NCBI GenBank assembly: GCA_049969615.1
Contig: JBMFOM010000030.1
Coordinates: 1-15,646 of the forward strand
Length of the DNA stretch: 15,646 nt
Direction: 5' to 3'
Source: a candidate division WOR-3 bacterium
GTDB taxonomy: Bacteria; Hydrothermota; Hydrothermia; JBDRYB01
The position numbers were made by a program, and so were the translations under genes. Positions 8,452 to 15,646 of this stretch are shown here, piece after piece; the stretch's first letter is position 1, and every line of letters begins with the position of its first letter. Below the pieces are notes generated by a model that worked only from the letters and a program-made list of their open reading frames with translations, was not told where the DNA came from and made no database searches.

Positions 8452-8591
8452 GCTGGATATGTTATATCTGGGCGAGCTCAGTCTGCAAACAGATGACCGA
8501 CAACCAGGAATAGCAGGCCCTTCAAAATTTACAAAGACCTCCTTGGTATTCAAAATACCGAGAGTGCTGGCAGGCCCAGACTTTGTGGCGA

Positions 8592-8644
8592 AAAGTGCTC
8601 CTCCCCCAAACCAGTAAGTTATTACTACTTTATCGGAGGTCTCT
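8592..8644 (-). repeat. Dispersed repeat copy C; right arm of the inverted pair around the methyltransferase
   Basis: Minus strand AGAGACCTCCGATAAAGTAGTAATAACTTACTGGTTTGGGGGAGGAGCACTTT; matches copies A and B as given above. Confidence 0.85.
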
Positions 8645-8664
8645 TCTACGTTTTGTACCCTCAC

Positions 8665-8690
8665 AAAAGCCTCCGGCCCTGCGCCGGGAA
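8665..8690 (-). terminator. Weak intrinsic terminator candidate after the 8710-10461 gene
   Basis: Minus strand CCGGC-GCAGG-GCCGG followed by AGGCTTTT; short stem. Confidence 0.3.
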
Positions 8691-8709
8691 CAAACAAGCT
8701 GTAAATATC

Positions 8710-10461
8710 TTACCTTACTGCAACCTTTGCCGTTCCAAGGCTATCGGCCCTCACTAGATATACCCCCGGCGAAAGGCTCACATCCCACCTGTCCTTCACT
8801 GAGGCCGAGGCAATTTCCCGGCCTGACGCGTCATAGACGGAAACCCGGCCAGCGTATCCTTCCGGCATGAGAAGAAGGAAACCGCCGGCCCTAGAAATCA
8901 GGGTGAAGGCGCCAGGTTTTCCGGAGGCCTCTCCGGTGGCAAGCTCCTGTGGGTAATTCAGAACAAAGACCTGACCGTTTCCAGACCTTCCGAGCCTGGT
9001 TGACTTTGCCGCGCCAACAATGATGTTCGGCCTGCCATTGACATCAGGGTCGCCCACCAAGCATGCAGAATAAACCCCTATAGTATCGTTTGCCTGCGCG
9101 CCATATATGTAGACAAGGGGGGTGTATGACAAGAGGTCTATGGTGGAGGGGAGAGAAACGGACCAGGGGATAACATATAGCTCGCCACAGTTAGGCCTTC
9201 CATTCCCAGGCCCATCACCCATCACCGCACCCACGATAATATCCGGGACCCCGTCATCAGTGGCATCACCTATCGCTGAGGCATCCATCCAATCATAGGG
9301 TTCTGGGCCATAGAAGACGCACCTATAGTCCCCAGCGGCCATATCAAGGGAGGTAGGCCAGCTCGTCCTTCCGAGGATCAGGTATATCTCGCCTGCATCG
9401 GTTCTGCCGTTGCCAAGGCTGTTGGATGAGGAGGCGTTTGCCAGGATGTCATCAAGTCCATCTCCGTTGACATCACCAACGAAGTTCCTGGATAACCAAT
9501 CTCCGGCATCCGCACCATAGATAACCGGGTGGGCCCAGCTCGCCAGATCATAGCTCCCGGCTAGGGAGGGCGAGCCGAGGATGATGTGCAGTTCGCCAGC
9601 GTCCGGCCTGGTATTGCCGGGGCCATCGCCCAGGTAAAGCCCTATGATGAGGTCTTCATAGGAATCCCCGTTAAGGTTCCCATAGCCAAGGGTGTGTGCC
9701 CTAAAGAGATACTGGCTTCCTGTATAGTAGTGCATGTCATAGCTATCGGGATTGTAGAAAGCGGCGTTGGCTCCGGAAGGCAGTTGAATCGTCGCTGGCA
9801 GAGAGGCCGAACCCCAGATCACATATGTGCATCCGGCATCTATGCGCGAGCCATAGTTCGCGCCGGTTGCGGAGAGGACTACGTCATCGTAGGCATCCCC
9901 ATTCAGGTTTGGCGCCGCGAGCATTGACGCCAAGAAAGCAGAACCATCGGGGTCGCCACCGCTAAGCTCTGTATTGTATATATAGACATTCGCGGAGGAT
10001 AGGCTCATCGTGGAGGGCCAAGATGTCCTGCCATATAGGATGTAGGCCTCGCCAGCGTTCGTGTAGGCATTGCCCAGGCCATCGCCGTTGGAGACACCCG
10101 CCAGTATGTCCTTTATGGCATCACCATTGAAATCGCCAACCGCCACCTCAAATATGTTATCCAGGGCGTCAACTCCCGTTATAGTGACATCTGCTCCTCC
10201 GGTCATGTAGTAGTCACCGCTAAACCCGGCTCCGCCAAATAGGATATACACCCTGCCCATCGCGGATGAGGCATTTGGCGCGTTGAAAACCAAGTCGGTT
10301 ATGCCGTCTCCGTTCACATCCCCTGTGTCTATATCCGTCCCACAATATTCGCCAGCCTCCGCGCCATAGGCGATCGCGAGAACGGCGGATGGGTTGGACA
10401 TATCTATTTCCAGAGCCAAAAGGCTCCCCGCGCACAGCATCAGCGCTATCAATATACGCAT
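8710..10461 (-). CDS. Secreted integrin-alpha-like FG-GAP repeat beta-propeller protein with T9SS-like C-terminal sorting domain
   Basis: Signal MRILIALMLCAGSLLA; repeated GDxNGDGxxD loops and xAGExYxxxG blades; tail SVYDASGR...LSPGVYLVR...KVAVR; SD GGAGGTG. Confidence 0.9.
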   Translation of the reverse strand: MRILIALMLCAGSLLALEIDMSNPSAVLAIAYGAEAGEYCGTDIDTGDVNGDGITDLVFNAPNASSAMGRVYILFGGAGFSGDYYMTGGADVTITGVDALDNIFEVAVGDFNGDAIKDILAGVSNGDGLGNAYTNAGEAYILYGRTSWPSTMSLSSANVYIYNTELSGGDPDGSAFLASMLAAPNLNGDAYDDVVLSATGANYGSRIDAGCTYVIWGSASLPATIQLPSGANAAFYNPDSYDMHYYTGSQYLFRAHTLGYGNLNGDSYEDLIIGLYLGDGPGNTRPDAGELHIILGSPSLAGSYDLASWAHPVIYGADAGDWLSRNFVGDVNGDGLDDILANASSSNSLGNGRTDAGEIYLILGRTSWPTSLDMAAGDYRCVFYGPEPYDWMDASAIGDATDDGVPDIIVGAVMGDGPGNGRPNCGELYVIPWSVSLPSTIDLLSYTPLVYIYGAQANDTIGVYSACLVGDPDVNGRPNIIVGAAKSTRLGRSGNGQVFVLNYPQELATGEASGKPGAFTLISRAGGFLLLMPEGYAGRVSVYDASGREIASASVKDRWDVSLSPGVYLVRADSLGTAKVAVR

Positions 10462-10519
10462 ATCACACCTCCATCGTTGGTTGGCCCAAAAGTATGGATC
10501 GCGGGCAAGGAAAAGTCAA
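10462..10519 (-). promoter_or_regulatory. Sigma70 promoter and SD of the 8710-10461 gene
   Basis: TTGACT (10519-10514), 17 nt, CATACT (10496-10491); GGAGGTGTGAT immediately before the ATG. Confidence 0.6.
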
Positions 10520-12093
10520 GCTTGCGCGAGACTGAGCCTATTCTTCAGCCTGGCAAAATACACCCTATATTCCTCAATATACCTATCATCTATAAAACCC
10601 GGGAGGAGCTCGCCTGTAGCGAGGCTCCTTGCCCTGGTTAGTAAAGAACGCCTCTCGTATTCATCTTCTGTCGCGTCAGCGAGCCGTATGATCTCTTCAA
10701 GTTCAGCGAGGTCTGTCCAGACATCCTCCAGCTGATAATAATCCCTGTGTTTGATAAGAAGGGAGTGATCTCCTATTTCTTTTCTTATGTTATATATAGC
10801 TACATAGAGAAGTTCTTTGTTCTTGGGATTGAATTTCCGTTTTGGCCAGAGGAGATAAAACAAGTGATCCGCATGGATCCTGTGCCTGGGTGAGAGAAGG
10901 AGATAAAGAAAAGCCCTCGCGGCCTTCTTGTTATACCAATCCTCAACCCTGAGAATCTTTTCACCGACGAGGATCTTGGGGCCTTCTATCAACCAGGCTT
11001 TTATCTTGCCTTTTTCGCGGTCAGAATTATAGGCCTCCATCAGCGGCTCGGCCCTCCTGAGAAAATCGCCGAGAATGGGGTCTGCCTTCATGCCTGGGTA
11101 AAGCCGCACCATTGGGCCTAGAAACCTCAGGGCCCTCGGAAAGGCCGGGGCATCCGAGAGCCACGCGAGGTAGGCAGATGTGAGTCCAGCCACAAAGCCC
11201 TCCGTGAGCAAAGACGCCCTCTTGTAGCCATGGGCGGCCTCAAGAATCCCCTCCGCGGCTGGTGCGTCATCCGGTTCCAAGAGCGCCTCTATCTCCCTCG
11301 CCGCGGCCTGCTCGCCCCAGGAGCCTTTTCTCGCCAATCTGATGCAATTTCTAGTGAGAGCTGATGGCGGGGGTTCAATCCTCTTCAGTCTGGTTATTTC
11401 AAGCGCTCTCGCGCATGTTATTCCAGCGTATGGGGATGCAAACCTGAGGAAGTTCTTGGTCAGCTCCATATATGCCCTCAGAGAGAGCTCAATCTTTCCC
11501 TCAAGCCTCAGGAGGGCCGCCTCTGCCTCAAGCGCGCTATAACGGTATAGTCCAAGGGATTCCTTCAGGAGAGCGTCAAGCCTCCTCCTCGCGGACCCCA
11601 GGTTTCCGGAGAAGGTGTCCAGGATTGCCCAAACACAGTTTCCCCAGTAAGCGTTTACTGGAGTTGCAGAACGGATGAAGCCCGGTAGCTCCCTGCGCAG
11701 GGCCTGGTAATCACCGCTGAAAAACCTGTTCAGCAGTAGGTTCAACCTCGTGGCGGAAATGAACCCCTGTTCACCGATTTTTTCGTCTATCTCAAGGGCT
11801 CTGAGAAAGTAATTCTCAGCGGTTTCAATCTCGCCCATCATCCTATGTGCGGTTCCGAGCCAGTTGAGGAGACGGGTGGCGAGCTCTGGCTCGCATGAGA
11901 CCCTTTGGATGAGCCTTCGGCCTTTCCTAATTGCATCAGGAGAGGCATATCTGTAGACACACAGGCAGACCTCAAGGAGCTCTGATGCCAAGGGATCGTC
12001 CTGTCGCGTGGCACGAATGTAGTCTGAGACCTCATCCCACTTCTCTTCCCTGATGAGCTTTACGCCCCGATCAATCCTTTCCCCGGTGTTCAC
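10516..12093 (-). CDS. Transcriptional regulator: N-terminal TPR/helical repeats, C-terminal SARP-type (AfsR/DnrI-like) winged HTH and partial BTAD
   Basis: TPR LLNWLGTAHRMMGEIETAENYFLRALEI; C-terminal W..KKAARAFLYLLL...LFYLLWP...LYVAIYNIRKEIG...YYQL..VWTDLAEL...ARSLATGELLPG..D.YIEEYR. Start placed at GTG 12093 (track gives TTG 12111). Confidence 0.85.
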   Translation of the reverse strand: MNTGERIDRGVKLIREEKWDEVSDYIRATRQDDPLASELLEVCLCVYRYASPDAIRKGRRLIQRVSCEPELATRLLNWLGTAHRMMGEIETAENYFLRALEIDEKIGEQGFISATRLNLLLNRFFSGDYQALRRELPGFIRSATPVNAYWGNCVWAILDTFSGNLGSARRRLDALLKESLGLYRYSALEAEAALLRLEGKIELSLRAYMELTKNFLRFASPYAGITCARALEITRLKRIEPPPSALTRNCIRLARKGSWGEQAAAREIEALLEPDDAPAAEGILEAAHGYKRASLLTEGFVAGLTSAYLAWLSDAPAFPRALRFLGPMVRLYPGMKADPILGDFLRRAEPLMEAYNSDREKGKIKAWLIEGPKILVGEKILRVEDWYNKKAARAFLYLLLSPRHRIHADHLFYLLWPKRKFNPKNKELLYVAIYNIRKEIGDHSLLIKHRDYYQLEDVWTDLAELEEIIRLADATEDEYERRSLLTRARSLATGELLPGFIDDRYIEEYRVYFARLKNRLSLAQA

Positions 12094-12145
12094 CCCTATA
12101 TTATTGAGCAAAAGCCGGGTCTAATTCAAACCCTGCAAGGGATTC

Positions 12146-12220
12146 TTGCAGTTCTCTTTCAGTTTTCTTTCAGGTGATTCCGTATAATATAGCCCTAAAT
12201 GAACCTTTTGGAGGTGTGAT
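12146..12220 (+). promoter_or_regulatory. Promoter with three SARP-type heptamer direct repeats, -10 box and SD
   Basis: TTGCAGT (12146-12152), 4 nt, TTTCAGT (12157-12163), 4 nt, TTTCAGG (12168-12174), 8 nt, TATAAT (12183-12188); GGAGGT at 12210-12215. Confidence 0.8.
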
Positions 12221-14074
12221 ATGTTTGAACTATGCGTAGCCCTAGTTGCGGGGTCCTGGACAGAGACGAGGCCCCAGGACTTCCTGGATGGCGTGTATAG
12301 CGATCTCCTCTATGTCTCAAGGAGATTGATGGTTGAGGGGGCCAACCCCTCTGATTCCGGCGCGGTTGAGTTCGTCCCAAGGTTTGACGCGAACAGGGAT
12401 GGGTATCCTGACCTCTTCTCAAGCGCATATATAGGTTACAAGGCACGGATATGGTTCGGAGGGCCTAACGGATACTCGCAAAGCTTATATAGGGAGTATC
12501 CTACACCCGTTCAATATGCCGGCAATTGTGACATGGCCGATCTGAACCTGGATGGCTGGCCAGAATTTGTGGTTGCCTCTGGCTGGTCAATCCCCGGTCC
12601 CTCATCATCAAGACTGTTCTGGGGCTCAGCGGGCAGCGGCGGTCCGGATCCTAACACCTGGCTCAACCTGACCACAACAAAGTGCGAGGCTCTTTACATT
12701 CACGACTTAGACAAGAACACTTATCTGGACCTGATTTTCGGTGCGGAGGAAACCCTCACAAGTCTCCGGGTCTTTTGGGGCAACCCCGCAGGGTACTCTC
12801 TGGATAGCTCAACTACTGTGGGTTCCCGCGGCTGGGTTTCCCACAACATTGAGGTGGCTGATCTCAACAAGGACGGATACCGGGATCTGATAATGACACA
12901 GTCTAAAGTGGGAACAGGCCAGGACAGCGGAGGGGTGTGGATCCTCTGGGGAGATAATACCCCCAGGAACTTCAGTGATAACCCATCCCAGACCCTATTG
13001 AATCTGGGTATGGACTGGCACGGCATCACTGTCGCGGATCTCAACAACGACGGATGGCTTGATATAGTGGTATCAAGATGGGCTGTGACAAGCGCCGTTT
13101 CCGTTGTCTATTTCTCCAACGCCGGCTCATATAGCCCAGCGAACTCCATAACCCTCCCCACAAGCACTTGTTTCGGGGGAAGCGCCGCATACGATATTGA
13201 CGGCGACGGATGGCTAGATCTGGTATTCTTCAGGGGATACAACGCTAATCTTCCAGTACTAATCTGGCACAACTCAGGAGCCTGGCCCTATTTTGCAGTC
13301 GGCGACACCGCGAGAATAGGCAGACAACTCACATATGCGGCTGGGATCTGTGGAGATTTCAATTGCGATGGGAAACCGGACATATTTGCCAACAGCGGCG
13401 ATACCTCATTCGTTTTCTGGGGTGTGCAAATTAATGGAGCCTGCGACAGCGTTCAGAAGCTCAGTATGATGCCAGGCGATTATGATCACCACGGCACCTT
13501 CCGAGAACCCGGCAATGTTTACGATCGCTCGGGTATGGAGTGGTATGAGTCAGGAGTGTTCTCAGAGGCGAATCTCCAGGCCGAGACGAGAATATCCTGG
13601 ATCGCGTGGGACAGCGTTCAGGCTGGTTCTGAGCTCAGGATGTATATCAGGACCAGGTGGGATGGGAGCTCGCCCTGGTCAAGCTGGCGCCAGGTCACGA
13701 ACGGGGAGACCGTGTCTGAAGCTCCGTATTTCCCAGCAAGAGACATCCAATATAGGGCTGAGTTCAGGTGGAGGAACCCGGCCTGGCTTCCGTGGCTGGA
13801 GAGGGTGAACCTCAGCACATCCCCGCTATCATCTGAAGAAGCCGCCTCAGGTTCTGAGGGCGCTCTCAGGTTCGGTTCAGGCAATGGCCTGGTCTGGGTA
13901 TCCTGGCCAGGAAGAGATGCAGATGTATCCCTCTATTCGGCTGACGGGAGGAGGGTTGGTTCAAAGGCCCTTGTTGAAGGGAGGGTTGAGTTCCGTGGCC
14001 TGAGATCAGGGGTCTATTACCTATGGGTTGAGAATCAGGATAAGGTGGTTAAGGAAAAGGTCCTCGTAAAGTAA
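12221..14074 (+). CDS. Secreted FG-GAP/VCBS repeat beta-propeller protein with T9SS-like C-terminal sorting domain
   Basis: Repeats FDANRDGYPDL, ADLNLDGWPEF, HDLDKNTYLDL, ADLNKDGYRDL, ADLNNDGWLDI, YDIDGDGWLDL, GDFNCDGKPDI; tail SLYSADGRR...LRSGVYYL...KVLVK; 617 aa. Confidence 0.9.
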   Translation: MFELCVALVAGSWTETRPQDFLDGVYSDLLYVSRRLMVEGANPSDSGAVEFVPRFDANRDGYPDLFSSAYIGYKARIWFGGPNGYSQSLYREYPTPVQYAGNCDMADLNLDGWPEFVVASGWSIPGPSSSRLFWGSAGSGGPDPNTWLNLTTTKCEALYIHDLDKNTYLDLIFGAEETLTSLRVFWGNPAGYSLDSSTTVGSRGWVSHNIEVADLNKDGYRDLIMTQSKVGTGQDSGGVWILWGDNTPRNFSDNPSQTLLNLGMDWHGITVADLNNDGWLDIVVSRWAVTSAVSVVYFSNAGSYSPANSITLPTSTCFGGSAAYDIDGDGWLDLVFFRGYNANLPVLIWHNSGAWPYFAVGDTARIGRQLTYAAGICGDFNCDGKPDIFANSGDTSFVFWGVQINGACDSVQKLSMMPGDYDHHGTFREPGNVYDRSGMEWYESGVFSEANLQAETRISWIAWDSVQAGSELRMYIRTRWDGSSPWSSWRQVTNGETVSEAPYFPARDIQYRAEFRWRNPAWLPWLERVNLSTSPLSSEEAASGSEGALRFGSGNGLVWVSWPGRDADVSLYSADGRRVGSKALVEGRVEFRGLRSGVYYLWVENQDKVVKEKVLVK

Positions 14075-14082
14075 AAACCCGT

Positions 14083-14134
14083 GCCCGGCCGGAGACCCTG
14101 CACCTCCAGTTTTCTCCGGCCGGGCTTTATTTTT
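14083..14134 (+). terminator. Rho-independent terminator
   Basis: 13-bp perfect stem GCCCGGCCGGAGA (14083-14095) / TCTCCGGCCGGGC (14113-14125) followed by TTTATTTTT, beginning 9 nt after the stop codon. Confidence 0.8.
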
Positions 14135-14144
14135 GGCGATTCTG

Positions 14145-14203
14145 TTTCAGTTTTGTTTCAGGAATCCATTTATAATATGGCCTAAACCTTTTGGAGGTGC
14201 AGA
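14145..14203 (+). promoter_or_regulatory. Second promoter with SARP-type heptamer direct repeats, -10 box and SD
   Basis: TTTCAGT (14145-14151), 4 nt, TTTCAGG (14156-14162), 8 nt, TATAAT (14171-14176); GGAGGT at 14193-14198. Confidence 0.8.
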
Positions 14204-15646
14204 ATGAACTGTGTTATCATGCTCATGGCATACGCTTGGCCGCCGGGATGGTGGCCCATGTATGGCGCGGACGCCCAGCACACCAGGCTCCAGCTCATGA
14301 AGGGCAACATGACAGCTACCCCCAGTGTCATTGGACTCGGCATGGCCTCGGGCACGGAGAGCGAGGGTCCAGCCATCGCGGTGATCAACGGAGTGGGCTA
14401 TATCTTTTTGGCAAACGACTATGGGGATCCGGACGCCGTGCTGGCTTACAGATATGTGGGTTTCTACGAGCTGGCCTGGATGTGGCCCTTTGCTAACGCC
14501 GCAGGGCAGGGCACCGCTTTGGCCGTGTGGGATATTGACAACAACGGGACCGTGGAGGTCCTGCATTCCAACGACTACACTTCCGAGGATGTCGGGGCAG
14601 TGTTCTGCCGGAACGCCACAACCGGAGCCTGGCTCTGGTATGGGCCATACGATCAGCCGGACCCCTCGTCACCCACCCTATATGACTTGGACGCCAACGG
14701 GACCATGGAGATATTCTTCGGGTGCAGGACGGACGATACGTTGTATTGCCTAAATTCCAACGGCACCCTGCGCTGGAAATCCCCAAAACCCTCCTCAAGC
14801 GCCGGGAACATGAAGTTTGCGCCCGCGGTCGGCCAAGTGGTTCCGGGCGGGAACCCGGAGGTCGTGGTTACATCGGGCGATAATATCGTCATGTATAACG
14901 CGACCACAGGGGCTCTGATAGCGTGGCTGGATATGGGCGCCGCCTACAGCGCTGTGCCCTCGTGCGCGCCCGCTATTGCTGACGTGGACAAGGACGGGAC
15001 CATGGAGGTCTTCGTCGTCACTGATGACCCTGACTCCCTTTGGTGCCTCAAGCCATCCGGCGCGAGCTTTAATGTGGTCTGGGCTCAGCCGATCCCCTCA
15101 GGGGGTAACATCAACAAGCAGGGCATAGGCATAGCGGACCTGAACGGCGATGGCTGGCTTGATGTGGTGGTGGGTTCAGGCGGCGTTTCCAGCTCCTACC
15201 CCACCCTTTATGACAGGGTTCACTGTTTCAGGGGTTCCAATGGCGCATTGATATGGAGAAGCACTGTCCTGGCCGGGGATGTTCACAGGGGCGTCGCCAT
15301 AGCTGACATTGACGGCGATAACCACTGGGAGGTCATAGCCCAGACGATCCCGGGCTGGATATACTGCCTTGCCGGGGAAAACGGGACAATTCAGTGGCAG
15401 GTTGAGCTCCCCTCGTGCGGGGATGCCCACGATGTCAGCATAGGTGATGCTGACAACGATGGGTGTTCCGAGATAGTGGTAGCCGGGGACGGAGGCTCTC
15501 GGCTCTGGGTCCTTGACAGGGCAGGGACGAACTGCGGCTCGGTTCCCGTTGAGGAAGCCAAGACCGGGGAACCTGAAATGAGGGCCTGGTTTTCCGGCAA
15601 CTGCCTTTACATCATCTCGCCCCAGGATAACGCGGCCAGGCTGATG
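14204..15646 (+). CDS. FG-GAP/VCBS and PQQ-like repeat beta-propeller protein, truncated by the window end (not in the ORF track)
   Basis: Translated by hand: MNCVIMLMAYAWPPGWWPMYGADAQHT..., WDIDNNGTVEV, YDLDANGTMEI, ADVDKDGTMEV, ADLNGDGWLDV, ADIDGDNHWEV, GDADNDGCSEI, with GxLxW blade motifs; open for 481 codons; SD GGAGGT. Confidence 0.9.
   Translation, partial: MNCVIMLMAYAWPPGWWPMYGADAQHTRLQLMKGNMTATPSVIGLGMASGTESEGPAIAVINGVGYIFLANDYGDPDAVLAYRYVGFYELAWMWPFANAAGQGTALAVWDIDNNGTVEVLHSNDYTSEDVGAVFCRNATTGAWLWYGPYDQPDPSSPTLYDLDANGTMEIFFGCRTDDTLYCLNSNGTLRWKSPKPSSSAGNMKFAPAVGQVVPGGNPEVVVTSGDNIVMYNATTGALIAWLDMGAAYSAVPSCAPAIADVDKDGTMEVFVVTDDPDSLWCLKPSGASFNVVWAQPIPSGGNINKQGIGIADLNGDGWLDVVVGSGGVSSSYPTLYDRVHCFRGSNGALIWRSTVLAGDVHRGVAIADIDGDNHWEVIAQTIPGWIYCLAGENGTIQWQVELPSCGDAHDVSIGDADNDGCSEIVVAGDGGSRLWVLDRAGTNCGSVPVEEAKTGEPEMRAWFSGNCLYIISPQDNAARLM

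Noticed and set aside
4161-8644. Repeats A, B and C as a CRISPR array
   Set aside because: Copies are kilobases apart, in mixed orientation, with no regular spacers and no cas genes.
8452-8697. 82-aa N-terminal extension of the methyltransferase in the ORF track
   Set aside because: It overlaps repeat C, a terminator candidate and a -10 box, and MTase-like sequence begins only near 8451. Kept only as the in-frame observation.
14147-15600. Several short track ORFs at the right end
   Set aside because: All overlap the single long plus-strand CDS from 14204, which the track missed because it has no stop in the window.

Overview
Bacterial chromosomal window. The left half holds housekeeping genes: era, a divergent membrane protein, a Fur-box-led short membrane protein plus feoB, a lipoprotein, and nadK-recN. 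The middle holds an orphan class-beta N4-C/N6-A DNA methyltransferase bracketed by 29-bp imperfect inverted repeats; a third copy of that repeat lies 3.4 kb away. The right half is a cluster of three secreted FG-GAP/VCBS beta-propeller proteins around a TPR protein whose C-terminus is a SARP-type wHTH with a partial BTAD. Two of the three end in T9SS-like sorting tails; the third runs off the window and is missing from the ORF track. The strongest signal is that two propeller genes share a promoter with TTTCAG(T/G) heptamer direct repeats (11-bp period) ending exactly 8 bp before TATAAT, the known SARP operator geometry. This suggests a SARP-controlled surface-protein regulon outside Actinobacteria. 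Many other genes appear leaderless (-10 box 6-9 nt before the start codon). The sorting tails suggest an FCB-related lineage such as candidate WOR-3; this is inference only.
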